Shown one piece after another: positions 1 through 9,363 of a DNA stretch of 64,000 bases. Positions within the stretch are counted from its first letter, which is position 1. Each line of letters starts with the position of its first letter. Source of the stretch: Tubulanus polymorphus (taxonomy: Eukaryota > Animalia > Nemertea); the NCBI RefSeq assembly GCF_964204645.1, contig NC_134027.1, positions 19,554,560 to 19,618,559 of the forward strand, written 5' to 3'. A model generated the notes under the pieces. It worked only from the letters and a program-made list of their open reading frames with translations, was not told where the DNA came from and searched no databases. A program made the position numbers and the translations under genes.

Positions 1-127
1 TTATATTATCAAAATGATTCTTATAAATAGTTTCTAACAAATCTAATATGAAATGTGTTTTACCACAATTGGTTACTCCAGTAACTAACATATTATGCGG
101 TTCAAATATAAATAAATCTTTATTCAT
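1..127 (-). CDS. A32/FtsK-like DNA packaging ATPase, N-terminal part (runs off window)
   Basis: Manual translation MNKDLFIFEPHNMLVTGVTNCGKTHFILDLL contains Walker A GxxxxGKT; homolog of 23045..23656. Confidence 0.85.
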   Translation of the reverse strand, partial: MNKDLFIFEPHNMLVTGVTNCGKTHFILDLLETIYKNHFDNI

Positions 128-1208
128 TTATTCTTTTAATTTTACTAGATAAAATCCATTCATTAAATTTATCATCATATCCTTTATATTTCACCAAAGA
201 ATACTTTTTTCCTTTAAGAGTTTTTGTTTTCAATACTTTTTCTATTTTGTATTCTATTTCATCTGGATTTGGTACTAATGATAATTCTTGTTCATAAAAA
301 TAACCTAATATTTCTTCATCTTTTAAATCAAACAATTTATAAACAAATGGTTTAGTTAATATTATCTTTTTAATTTTAAATATTTCTTCTGTAAAATTAG
401 GGGTATAACCTTTATAAAATGTTTTTCGATATTTAGAAATTCTAACATGTTGTCCTATTTTAAATTTAGGTTCTCCAAAATCATGTGTAACAAATGCTCC
501 ATATAAATTATTCCAAACTATTTCTGAATTTTCTTCTTTTCTAGCTTGTATAGGTTTCATATTTATAGAACTATGTTTAGAATTATTATAACCTTTCATT
601 AAATCATCTAACACATCGATATATTTATATGTTTCATTAGCAGTAAAATATTTCCACATTCTAGTTTTCAATGTTTTATTAAATCTTTCTATAACAGATG
701 CTTTTTTATCTGAATGTGTTGAAAAATATTCTACATCGTTATCAGATAATAGTTTTTTAAAATGTTTGTTATAAAATTCTTTACCTTCATCAAATTGTAT
801 CTTATCTGGAATAGCTTCTTTAAATATTAATTTGAAAACATTTGTTACTTCTATACCAGTTTTATTTTTAATCGGGATACTCCATGCGTATCTACTGAAT
901 ATATCTATAACATTTAGTATCCAAAAATATCCTTTGTTGTATTCTTCTAAGTTTTTCATATCAATTAAATCTGCTTGCCATTGTTGATCAATATATGAAA
1001 CCATTACTTTTCTTGTTAAATATTTTTTATCCATCTTTTTATGAATTTGATATGTGGGTTGATTTTGTAACCATGATTTTAATTCACTATATTTTATTTT
1101 TTCTTTATCAGATTTAATTTTATCCCATAATTCCGAAACACTTGAATATGATACTTCACTTTCTGGGTTATAATATAACTCTCTTAAATATTGTTCTTTT
1201 TTCATCAT
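120..1208 (-). CDS. Retroviral-like (rve) integrase with C-terminal chromodomain, Polinton type
   Basis: WQADLID, IDIFSRYAW, QFDEGKEF and IERFNKTLK (DDE triad); C-terminal YKIEKVLK..LVKYKGYDDKFNEW chromodomain. Intact 362 aa. Confidence 0.95.
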   Translation of the reverse strand: MMKKEQYLRELYYNPESEVSYSSVSELWDKIKSDKEKIKYSELKSWLQNQPTYQIHKKMDKKYLTRKVMVSYIDQQWQADLIDMKNLEEYNKGYFWILNVIDIFSRYAWSIPIKNKTGIEVTNVFKLIFKEAIPDKIQFDEGKEFYNKHFKKLLSDNDVEYFSTHSDKKASVIERFNKTLKTRMWKYFTANETYKYIDVLDDLMKGYNNSKHSSINMKPIQARKEENSEIVWNNLYGAFVTHDFGEPKFKIGQHVRISKYRKTFYKGYTPNFTEEIFKIKKIILTKPFVYKLFDLKDEEILGYFYEQELSLVPNPDEIEYKIEKVLKTKTLKGKKYSLVKYKGYDDKFNEWILSSKIKRINE

Positions 1209-1211
1209 ATT

Positions 1212-1556
1212 TTAATCCATTAATAATAATTTAGATTTAGTTTCATTTGATTTATTTTCTGGTATAATATGTTTATCATCATCGGAATCATCTTTATCGT
1301 CAGATTTGATTTTATATTTATATATTACACCAGAGAATATAATAACTGTGATTAACCCAATTGTAATATATAATTTATTATTACTTCCAACATTATAAGA
1401 ATTAGATGGATTATTATTTGAATCAATATCAGATTCATTTATATCAGTTAATTTCTTTTTCTTAGCTTTTTTTAATTCTGAAGATCTTTTACCTAATTCT
1501 CTTGCCCATTTAATTTGTTTCTCGGATCTAGCTTTTTTCTTAACTCCATCACTCAT
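1212..1556 (-). CDS. Small basic protein with single TM helix (viral hypothetical)
   Basis: Basic N-terminus and hydrophobic LYITIGLITVIIFSGVIY; disrupted homolog at 21610..21960. Confidence 0.75.
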   Translation of the reverse strand: MSDGVKKKARSEKQIKWARELGKRSSELKKAKKKKLTDINESDIDSNNNPSNSYNVGSNNKLYITIGLITVIIFSGVIYKYKIKSDDKDDSDDDKHIIPENKSNETKSKLLLMD

Positions 1557-2151
1557 TTATTTTAGTTAATTTTTGTTCTGATTCATTTTCTGTTTCGATG
1601 TTTTGTTGTAGTACATCTGTTTCGTTCTTACCTGATTTATATTCCATAGGCTTGATGTTCGAAAATGTTATGACACCAGTAGAAATTAATGTCATAACCG
1701 ATCCTAATTGAAATGAAACATATCCAACCCATTTTTGTAATTCAGTCATAACTAAATAGTCATTTTTCAAATCATTATATAATTTATTTTCATCATCAAT
1801 TGGTATTAACTGGTTACATAACTTAGAATAACATTTAACAATACCATCACTTATAGAGTCGTTTATTCTAGCTAATCTTGCCTCTTCATAAATTTTAAAA
1901 TATTTTATTACTTTATCGGGTTTCATAGAGTCTAGTTCTTGAAAAGTTATTATTTTTCCTAAGAAGTCCTTAGATTTCCCGCCAGCAATTAATAATTCAA
2001 GATGATGCTTACAATATAAATAGTATTCATAATCTATATTGTTATTAACTTGAGCACAATTAGTTGCAACTGTATCTTTATTATCACTTATACCCAAATC
2101 ATCTAATGTCTTTTCAATATCAATACTATTCTTATTAGATTTCTTTGACAT
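1549..2151 (-). CDS. Polinton hypothetical protein (200 aa)
   Basis: Conserved with 20982..21617; TAAATG start; 8-nt overlap with next gene. Confidence 0.8.
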   Translation of the reverse strand: MSKKSNKNSIDIEKTLDDLGISDNKDTVATNCAQVNNNIDYEYYLYCKHHLELLIAGGKSKDFLGKIITFQELDSMKPDKVIKYFKIYEEARLARINDSISDGIVKCYSKLCNQLIPIDDENKLYNDLKNDYLVMTELQKWVGYVSFQLGSVMTLISTGVITFSNIKPMEYKSGKNETDVLQQNIETENESEQKLTKINE

Positions 2152-2454
2152 TTATATTAGAGAAAAAAAGCAAAAAAAAATATTATAAGTATTCTTCAAA
2201 TGATATTAGATAGTTAAAGTTAAAGAACTCTAGTATTGACTACTGATACTAGCTATTTGAATTTAAAGAATTTCTATTCGGATCTATTCAAAATATAAAG
2301 TATTCTCTTTTTGAAAAGAAAATATTAAAAATATAACAGAATTCACTAGCAGTTGAAGTTATTGTTTTTTTAATATATTTTATTTGAATTCTATTTGATA
2401 TCTCACTACTTTTGTTTATCTATTAGGAGCAGTAGTTATAACTGTCCAGATAAG

Positions 2455-3129
2455 TCATTTCGGATCCTTGATATCAAATTCCTCAACATATTGTTCATTC
2501 TGTGGGTTACTATTCCACCAATCAATAAATTTCCTTGCTTTATTCAACTGTTCCAAATATAATTGTAAATCTAGTTTATTAGATTTGGTTTGATTTTCTT
2601 TCTTTTCTAAAGGTCTTAAATTTTTCCAACCCCAAATAAGTTTTTTATTGTATTCATCATTCATGTTAAATTTAGATATTGGTAACACGTGATCAATGTG
2701 GTAATAATCCCCATAATTATCTATATTCATTTTATCATCGAATTGAAATATAATCCATGATTTGAGAAATTCATCTGAACAACCCAATAGATTAGATAGT
2801 GTTTCTGAATGCGTTTCTTTGTTGAATAATTGTGTTAATCTAGACCGTAAACATTGTTTCAATCTAAAATTAAGATCTGTTTGATATCTTTCTCTCATAT
2901 ATTTTGTCATATAATAATTATAATGTTTTATATTATCTTCTCGATATTGTTTGGTGTATAGTTTAGTACAAGTTTTACAACAATATTGAAAACCATCTTT
3001 GCTAATCTTACGCTTACTAAATTCTGTTAATGATTTATTTAATTCACATTTAGAACATTTCTTGTAATATATGTTTATAACGCCAGTGTTATTTGTAATA
3101 TTGATAGTTTGTGGTTGTTCTGGTTCCAT
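2455..3129 (-). CDS. HNH endonuclease with N-terminal Cys4 zinc finger
   Basis: CSKC...CKTC finger; YHIDHVLP...NLRPLEKKENQTKSNK HNH motif. Intact here, frameshifted in B. Confidence 0.85.
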   Translation of the reverse strand: MEPEQPQTINITNNTGVINIYYKKCSKCELNKSLTEFSKRKISKDGFQYCCKTCTKLYTKQYREDNIKHYNYYMTKYMRERYQTDLNFRLKQCLRSRLTQLFNKETHSETLSNLLGCSDEFLKSWIIFQFDDKMNIDNYGDYYHIDHVLPISKFNMNDEYNKKLIWGWKNLRPLEKKENQTKSNKLDLQLYLEQLNKARKFIDWWNSNPQNEQYVEEFDIKDPK

Positions 3130-3284
3130 TTATTATACATATTTTTTTACTAAAACTGATTTATTTTTGTTCGAAATCTATGAGCTGCTCTTTTCCGTTC
3201 CTTGATCTTTTTCATTCCTCGCCGCCGTAGTTGATAAATCATTTCGGATCCTTGATATCAAAATCATACAAGCGGCCGGCCATT

Positions 3285-3625
3285 TATGGCCGGTTTTGCT
3301 TAATGCGCATGCGTTAATTATAATTATAAATTCATTCTATAAATTATGTAAAATAGAAACGACCGACATAAAATATCAAAACGTGTTCGTATTAGGCAAA
3401 ACCGCTCTTATTGGAGCGTTTTTGCTTAATGCGCATGTGTTAAACATAATTATATATTCATTCTATAAATTCTGTAAAATAGAAACAACTGAACATAGAA
3501 AATTCAAACGCATTCATGTCTGCGTCACATGTGTTACATGCGTCACATGCGGCCATTTGTGGCCGGTTTTGCTTAATGCATATGTGTTAATCATAATAGA
3601 AACGACTGAACATAAAAATTCACAA
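3285..3625. repeat. ~120-150 bp degenerate tandem repeats carrying TGCGCATGCG-type palindromes
   Basis: TTTTGCTTAATGCGCATG(C/T)GTTAA...ATAGAAAC units at ~3295, ~3420 and ~3567; homologous array at 19430-19870. Confidence 0.8.
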
Positions 3626-4138
3626 ATCAGATTTACACAATACATTATACAAGTTGTTCAGTCATTTCTTCTAATACATCATTTGATTTCTATAAATACA
3701 ATTTATAATTACAAACATTTTTTCAATTGCTGGTAAATATTTAACTACATCAACAAATGATAAACTTAATCATTGGAGTCTTAATGTTTTTGAAATTCTT
3801 ATATAGTTTCTTCGTCGATCTTTTGGTGATTCTATTGGTTTGATATCCATTGCTGTTGATTCCTCAGTCAGAAAGAGTATCTTGAGTTTCTCTATTGCTT
3901 CTTGATGTGTATGACGTTTTATTAACCTAAAAGATATTAGCGGTAACTCTAGCAATCTAAAAGATATTCTAAATACGCTTAAATATATCTAAAGGTTTCG
4001 TATTTAATAGCCTTAATAACTACAACAAACAGTACTTACATTTAGATTTATAATTGTAAACTATAAACTCCTTATTTCGTTTCGAAAGATAGAATATCCT
4101 GAGCACAATATTACAGCGTATATCCATTTCCGGGGTGA

Positions 4139-4230
4139 TTTCTAGAATGAACACGTCGTTGATTATGTCACGTCATCTAGTTCCGGCGCGCCTTTCTAGA
4201 ATATTCTACACGTTTCTGATTATGACGTGT
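4139..4230. promoter_or_regulatory. Heat-shock-element-like and TGACGT motif cluster
   Basis: TTCtaGAAtaTTC at 4194-4206, TTCtaGAA at ~4140, and TGACGTG motifs; conserved at 18750-18890. Confidence 0.5.
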
Positions 4231-4560
4231 AATAATGTCTCGTCGTTATAGTAACAACTGTAACAGCTGCGAATTTATAGATTTATTCTATGGCTCTGTA
4301 CATTGAATGTATATAGGCTCAAATAGAATCATGTTCTAGTATAAACATCTAGAACAAGCGTGTTGAGACTTGTAAATTATGAGATTTGTGATTCGCTAAC
4401 GTTCGCCGTATACACAACGCGTTGAAGTTGAAAAAAAATCAATAATAAAAACATTTAGATCAATGAAATTAATTAACTCTTTACAATTGAAATATAAGCT
4501 GGTAACATATGTTTACTAGAGTTAATACAACCAACTATATAGCTGAGTATTATCAGGTGT

Positions 4561-4734
4561 TTATAACGATTCAACGTATTTTTCACTATGTGTTGAGTTC
4601 CTTAATTCGATAAATGTCTTTGCTTTAACCAACTGGACTAAAAACAAATGCGTTCTAGTTTTATTGTGTCTTGCTTTTTGAGATTTATCTATATCGATAT
4701 TACATGTTGGGCAGTAGTATTTATTTGCTTCCAT
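4561..4734 (-). CDS. 57-aa ORF: pPolB N-terminal C2H2 zinc finger fused to an HNH-protein-like tail
   Basis: Manual translation MEANKYYCPTCNIDIDKSQKARHNKTRTHLFLVQLVKAKTFIELRNSTHSEKYVESL; counterpart of 18389..18640. Confidence 0.55.
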   Translation of the reverse strand: MEANKYYCPTCNIDIDKSQKARHNKTRTHLFLVQLVKAKTFIELRNSTHSEKYVESL

Positions 4735-4816
4735 TTTAATACTATATTTTTTATTAAAATTGATTTTAGAAGTTCAATGATTTAAATGTTATTCATATAT
4801 ATATGAATATTTTAAG

Positions 4817-5202
4817 AGTAATAGGGGTAATGGGCTTTCATATCAAAGGTTTAATGATCGAGTTCATTAATAACATATATTAAAAAACTATAATATATTT
4901 TCATAACCGCGTGCATTTCAGTTGAATAATAGAATAATTATTATCATTTGAATATATTTGATTATTTGAATTTGTGTATTGTAATTAAATCAATTGGTCG
5001 CGGAGCGGAGCGGTAGCGAAGTGGAGCGACCAATTGATTTAATACAATATGCTTTTTATATTATTGATATCTTAGAATAAATACTTAGTTTTGATATAAA
5101 ATGCACGCGGTTATGAAAATATATTATAGTTTTTTAATATTTTGTTTTTTAATGGGCTCGACCGTTCGACCTTTGGTATGAAAGCCTATTACCCCTATTA
5201 CT
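4817..5202. repeat. Terminal imperfect palindrome (fold-back) of element A
   Basis: AGTAATAGGGGTAATGGGCTTTCATATCAAAGGT... pairs with ...ACCTTTGGTATGAAAGCCTATTACCCCTATTACT; GC-rich apex near 5010. Confidence 0.9.
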
Positions 5203-6148
5203 CCTATACAATAATTTAATCTAATATGTGATTTATCTAAATAATTTTGATATCTTACAATGTTTTCTGGAATCGATCTATTTTTATCATTATGAATTGA
5301 ATCTTCAAATAATACTTTGAATTGTTTCTGCGCATCGAATGAAGTGTTATCATTTACAATTATTGGGGATCTTGTTTCAACTTGCGAAACCTAAAATACA
5401 TATCAAATAAGTTCTAATAGATTGATTTATTCTTTGTATTCCAGCTTTAGTAAAACCTTCACTATTTTCTAAAATGAAATTAACCCAACCATTATTGTTT
5501 TGTTGTTGTATATTATTATAATATTTTGGTAATTCATTCCAATTTAGTGTTCTTACATCTGAATTTGTCATTATTTTTCCAAATTCTTTAGTATATAATA
5601 TTCCTAATCCACCCATTGTTCCAATTTTTTGCTCTAAAATCTTTATTTGAATTAATATTAAATTCATTACATATTTTATAAAACTTAGAAAAATTAATAT
5701 CATTATTCAATTCTTTAAAATATTTTGAACCTGGTAAAGGACATTCTAATTCATCTAATATTAATTTTATTTGAAAATATGTATGAAATCTAAAGAGTGA
5801 TAACATCATTGGTAAACTTGGTTTGTTTAAATGATCATTCCAACTAATTCTACATCCTGTTGTCGCGCAATAAACAGCAAAATTTAATTGGTTCTGCCAA
5901 TACTTCATATTAGATTTCAATAACCATTGTTTTGCCTCATTTAAATTTTTAAAATTAATTGTATACACATGAAATATATTTTCCATCTTTACATGAAAAT
6001 TATTACTTTCAGTAACATAAATATATAAATCAATTAATGAATTTAAAACTTCATTTCTATATGAAATATCTTTATTAAAATCTATTGCTGGAATATAATA
6101 TTTTATTGATTTATTATATTGGAAAGCTTTTGGAAAACTATCTACCAT
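5203..6148 (-). pseudogene. Conserved Polinton protein (WQNQLNFAVYCATTGC family), frameshifted and truncated by element A
   Basis: ORFs 5588..6148 and 5377..5703 are homologous to 27479..28869. Confidence 0.8.
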
Positions 6149-6164
6149 TTATATAATAAAAAAA

Positions 6165-6590
6165 TTAATAATTTATTAATTCTTTTAATAATTTATCTTG
6201 TTCTTCAACTGTTATATGACCATTTAAACTTTTTATACAATCTAGTGTATTTTTCAATTTATTAATTTCTTTTATATTAGTTTTAATTTTTTCTTTATTA
6301 CTTTTTATATTCAATTTTGAACTTATACCAGTTAAAACGCTTGAACTTAATCCTAATACGCCAATTGATATAGCTAAAGGTGTTTATGGTGAAAATATTG
6401 CTAAAAATGTTATTACAGAACTAATTGTAACCGAACCACTTATAATCAAATAATATATAATTTTACTTTTTAAATATTTTTTCTTTTTTATCTTTAAGTC
6501 ACTTTCAAATTCTAATATTTGTTTTTCTAAATATATTTTTAATTTAGTTTTATTTATATCATGAGGAATAATATCAATATTATCATCCAT
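6165..6590 (-). pseudogene. Two-TM small viral protein, disrupted
   Basis: Homolog of 28886..29320 with a premature stop or frameshift at ~6384. Confidence 0.75.
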
Positions 6591-6609
6591 TTATTTAGCA
6601 AAAAAATTA

Positions 6610-7032
6610 CTAATTAGTAAATTTATACGCTACAAATATAACAATAACTGTTCCACCTAAAATCCATATTATTTCATATTTCTGTTGTTCTTTACTTGGG
6701 GTAAAATAATCTGATATTGTAGGTTTATGTAGATGTAATTTTTCTTTATTGGTTACCGTGTTATATAAACTCATTGCATCATCAACTGATTGAAAATCTC
6801 TATGTGAAATTTTCTGATCATATAATTCCTTGTTAATATAATCCATATAGTTTTCCCTTTTTTCTCTATATTCTTCTGCGGCTTTATTGTATTTCTCTAA
6901 TGCTAAGTTATGTCTTTTTTGTTCTGTTAATGATCCATTTTTATCAATATGTTTAAATAAATATCCACCACCAGTAAATGCTAAAGCGTTAACAATTGCT
7001 GATCCTATAATAGTTATAACTGCAGAAGCCAT
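6610..7032 (-). CDS. Conserved Polinton membrane-associated protein (MASAV..NALAFTGG, C-terminal TM)
   Basis: Intact 140 aa; near-identical to 29341..29763. Confidence 0.8.
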   Translation of the reverse strand: MASAVITIIGSAIVNALAFTGGGYLFKHIDKNGSLTEQKRHNLALEKYNKAAEEYREKRENYMDYINKELYDQKISHRDFQSVDDAMSLYNTVTNKEKLHLHKPTISDYFTPSKEQQKYEIIWILGGTVIVIFVAYKFTN

Positions 7033-7258
7033 TTATTTAGTAAAATAATTATGCATTTATATAGGAGGAATATATTTTTGTTTTTCCAAATAATCAATAG
7101 TTAATTTAGATAAAGTAACTGCTAATGTTGATTTTAAAATATAATTTATATCAAATCTATCAACATTAACACTTCATTTTAAATACTTTTTTTTAAACCA
7201 TTGAATAACCAACAGTTCCAACTGATAGTAATGCTAATATATGAATATAATGAAAAAA

Positions 7259-8014
7259 TTACTCTCTACATCTTATAACTAATTCATATATCACAGGAAA
7301 GTTATTTAAATCAATTAAATAACCATTATGATTACTTATTTCTAATTTGAAATTATCGAAATGTGGAATGCAAAGTTTAAAATCACATTCTGTTAAATTA
7401 TAATTTATTTGAGTTCCAAATTGTTTAACATTTTTTAATGGTAAAATATTTAATATACTAGAATTACATGTTGTATCTTTAGTTGCGTCAAATGTTTTTG
7501 TAGGATCAATTAAATTGCAATAAATATAAAAGTGAGTAGAAGTCATTAAATTTGTCTAAGTTTCGATACTTGAATAATCTCTATCTGGAAGAATTCCAAA
7601 CAGTTTAGCTAAAGGTTTTCTTACTAGAAATCTATGTTGTTCATTAGTTAACTTTATTCTTATTTTATTCGAACTATCACTTTTGATAAATTTAATTTCA
7701 AATCTAGCAGCTGCGCCCATTTTTAAACGAGCTCTTTTATTAATTTCTTGCGCTAATGTTTCTAAATTATATAATCCTGGTTTTAGATAAAGATGAAACC
7801 ATTTATTCAAATTTCTAACGTGAATTTTAAAAGCTAAATGATCAAGACTCTTATTCGATATATTATGAAAAGAATTACATAAACTTATATTAACTAATTT
7901 TAAATCAACACAATTCTTAAATTCTCTATCTAATTGAACTAGTAAATTATGTGATTTATAATTTGTAAGTTTTCTAGAATCAACAAATATTCTGTATTCT
8001 TTTAATTCTACCAT
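7259..8014 (-). pseudogene. Minor capsid (penton-like) protein, split
   Basis: IFVDSR, NSFHNI, LKPGLYNL and FYIYCNLI motifs; intact homolog at 34811..35569. Confidence 0.7.
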
Positions 8015-8082
8015 TATTTATAACACAAAAAAATTACTTCGAACCATTAAAAATTAATTTTAATAAAATCTTTCCTAAATAA

Positions 8083-8763
8083 ATGGATGAGAAGATACCA
8101 TGTGAAATTTGTGGTGAACTTATCAGAAAAAGTAATATGGCTCGACATATGAAAAAACATGATGAAAATTATAAACCCCCTAAAATAAACTGCCCAAAAT
8201 GTAATAAATTATTCTCAAGAAATTATGTTAAAAAACATTCAGAGAAGTGCAAAATTAATGGCGCAACAGCTAATGTTGATAGTAACGAAAGAAATAGTAA
8301 TTCTGTTGAAGTTGAACCTGAAATTATTTGGAAAAGACCTTTCTTATTCTATGACAAGGATAATATAAAAGATCATTTCTGCGAGCCTTGTCGAATAAAA
8401 TATAAGAAAACGTTACCAGATAATAAAGAAACAGTTGAAAAGTTAGAAAAACAATATAATGAATTAACAAGAAAAACATATTATTGTAAATATTGTAAAT
8501 TGATTATTACAACAAGTAATTCAAATCTACATAATAGAAAAATAAAACATAAAGAAAACGTAAGAAAATACCAAGAGCTTAATGAAGATCTATTACCATT
8601 AAATTATAAACAAAAATGCCCACAATGTAGTTATGCGACCTTAAGGCAAGAAGGTACTGTGTTATTTTGTAATGAATGTGGATGGCAAAAGAATTTATGG
8701 GGTGAAATTATATTTTATAGCAAAATCTTTAGGATTATTTACAAGTATTCTATAAACTGCTGA
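8083..8763 (+). CDS. Multi-zinc-finger protein (C2H2 and Cys4 ribbons); true C-terminus probably lost
   Basis: CEIC..HMKKH, CPKC..H..C, CKYC..H..H and CPQC..CNEC; TAAATG start; last ~20 codons read antisense into the intein fragment. Confidence 0.7.
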   Translation: MDEKIPCEICGELIRKSNMARHMKKHDENYKPPKINCPKCNKLFSRNYVKKHSEKCKINGATANVDSNERNSNSVEVEPEIIWKRPFLFYDKDNIKDHFCEPCRIKYKKTLPDNKETVEKLEKQYNELTRKTYYCKYCKLIITTSNSNLHNRKIKHKENVRKYQELNEDLLPLNYKQKCPQCSYATLRQEGTVLFCNECGWQKNLWGEIIFYSKIFRIIYKYSINC

Positions 8764-9363
8764 TGATTTCATAACATCCATGATTTTAAATGTTTTATTT
8801 GGATAAACTTCTTCACAATATTTCTTTATTCTTTCTAATAATATCAAATCTTGATTGCATAAATACCAACAATATTTATTACCCCAAACATATTTATACA
8901 CACCTGCTGAACCATCTTCCATAAAAAATCCTTTGATAAAATATTCTTTTTCTTCTAATGTTTCAGGTTCTATATTATAAATATTATCAATTATTTCATC
9001 AAATGACATATGATTCATTCTTTGGAAAAATCTTTTATGTAATAATTCATCTCCAATTTTTATATCAGTTGGTTTTATTTCATCGCCATTTCGTTTAATT
9101 AAACTATGATCTTCTGTAACATCTACAAACCCTAATTTAGTTCTAACTCTATAGATTTTCTTATTTGTTTTATGCCTAATAATATTCTTTAATTTTTTCC
9201 ATCCATTTCTTTTCCAAACATCCATTAAACCATTTATTTGTATTAATTCTTTTTCACCATATGAAATATAAAGTTCATTTTGTTTTGGAATTATTTCTGA
9301 AATTCTTCTTATCAATATTTTATCATTACATTTTAATAATATTGGGGTGTCAGCTGTTACAGA
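8695..9363 (-). mobile_element. Intein (Hint domain plus first LAGLIDADG block) inserted in pPolB motif C; C-terminally truncated
   Basis: In frame after ...KHIEILYFD: SVTADTPILL (block A), WKKLKNIIRHKTNKKIYRVRT, VDVTEDHSL (block B TxxH), YFIKGFFMEDGS (block C). The uninterrupted allele in B reads ILYFDTDSY. Confidence 0.9.

Larger units (their letters stand above)
1..5202 (-). mobile_element. Polinton/Maverick-like element A (one end; continues beyond window start)
   Basis: Same gene order as the left part of element B but inverted (ZnF ORF, HNH, 200 aa, TM protein, integrase, ATPase). Ends in ...CCCCTATTACT (5'-AGTAATAGGGG on minus) at 5202. The next bases (cctatacaataattt...) are mid-gene sequence of another Polinton and match 27861 onward. 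Confidence 0.9.

Noticed and set aside
3296-3736. 146-aa ORF (and 19575..19838) with repeated LLNAHAL motifs
   Set aside because: It is a translation of the non-coding tandem repeats, starts at TTG, and is not conserved in frame between A and B.
8695-9315. Interpreting the Hint-like ORF as a hedgehog-type or free-standing gene
   Set aside because: It is in frame with the pPolB YFD motif, begins with intein Ser1 and contains a LAGLIDADG block.
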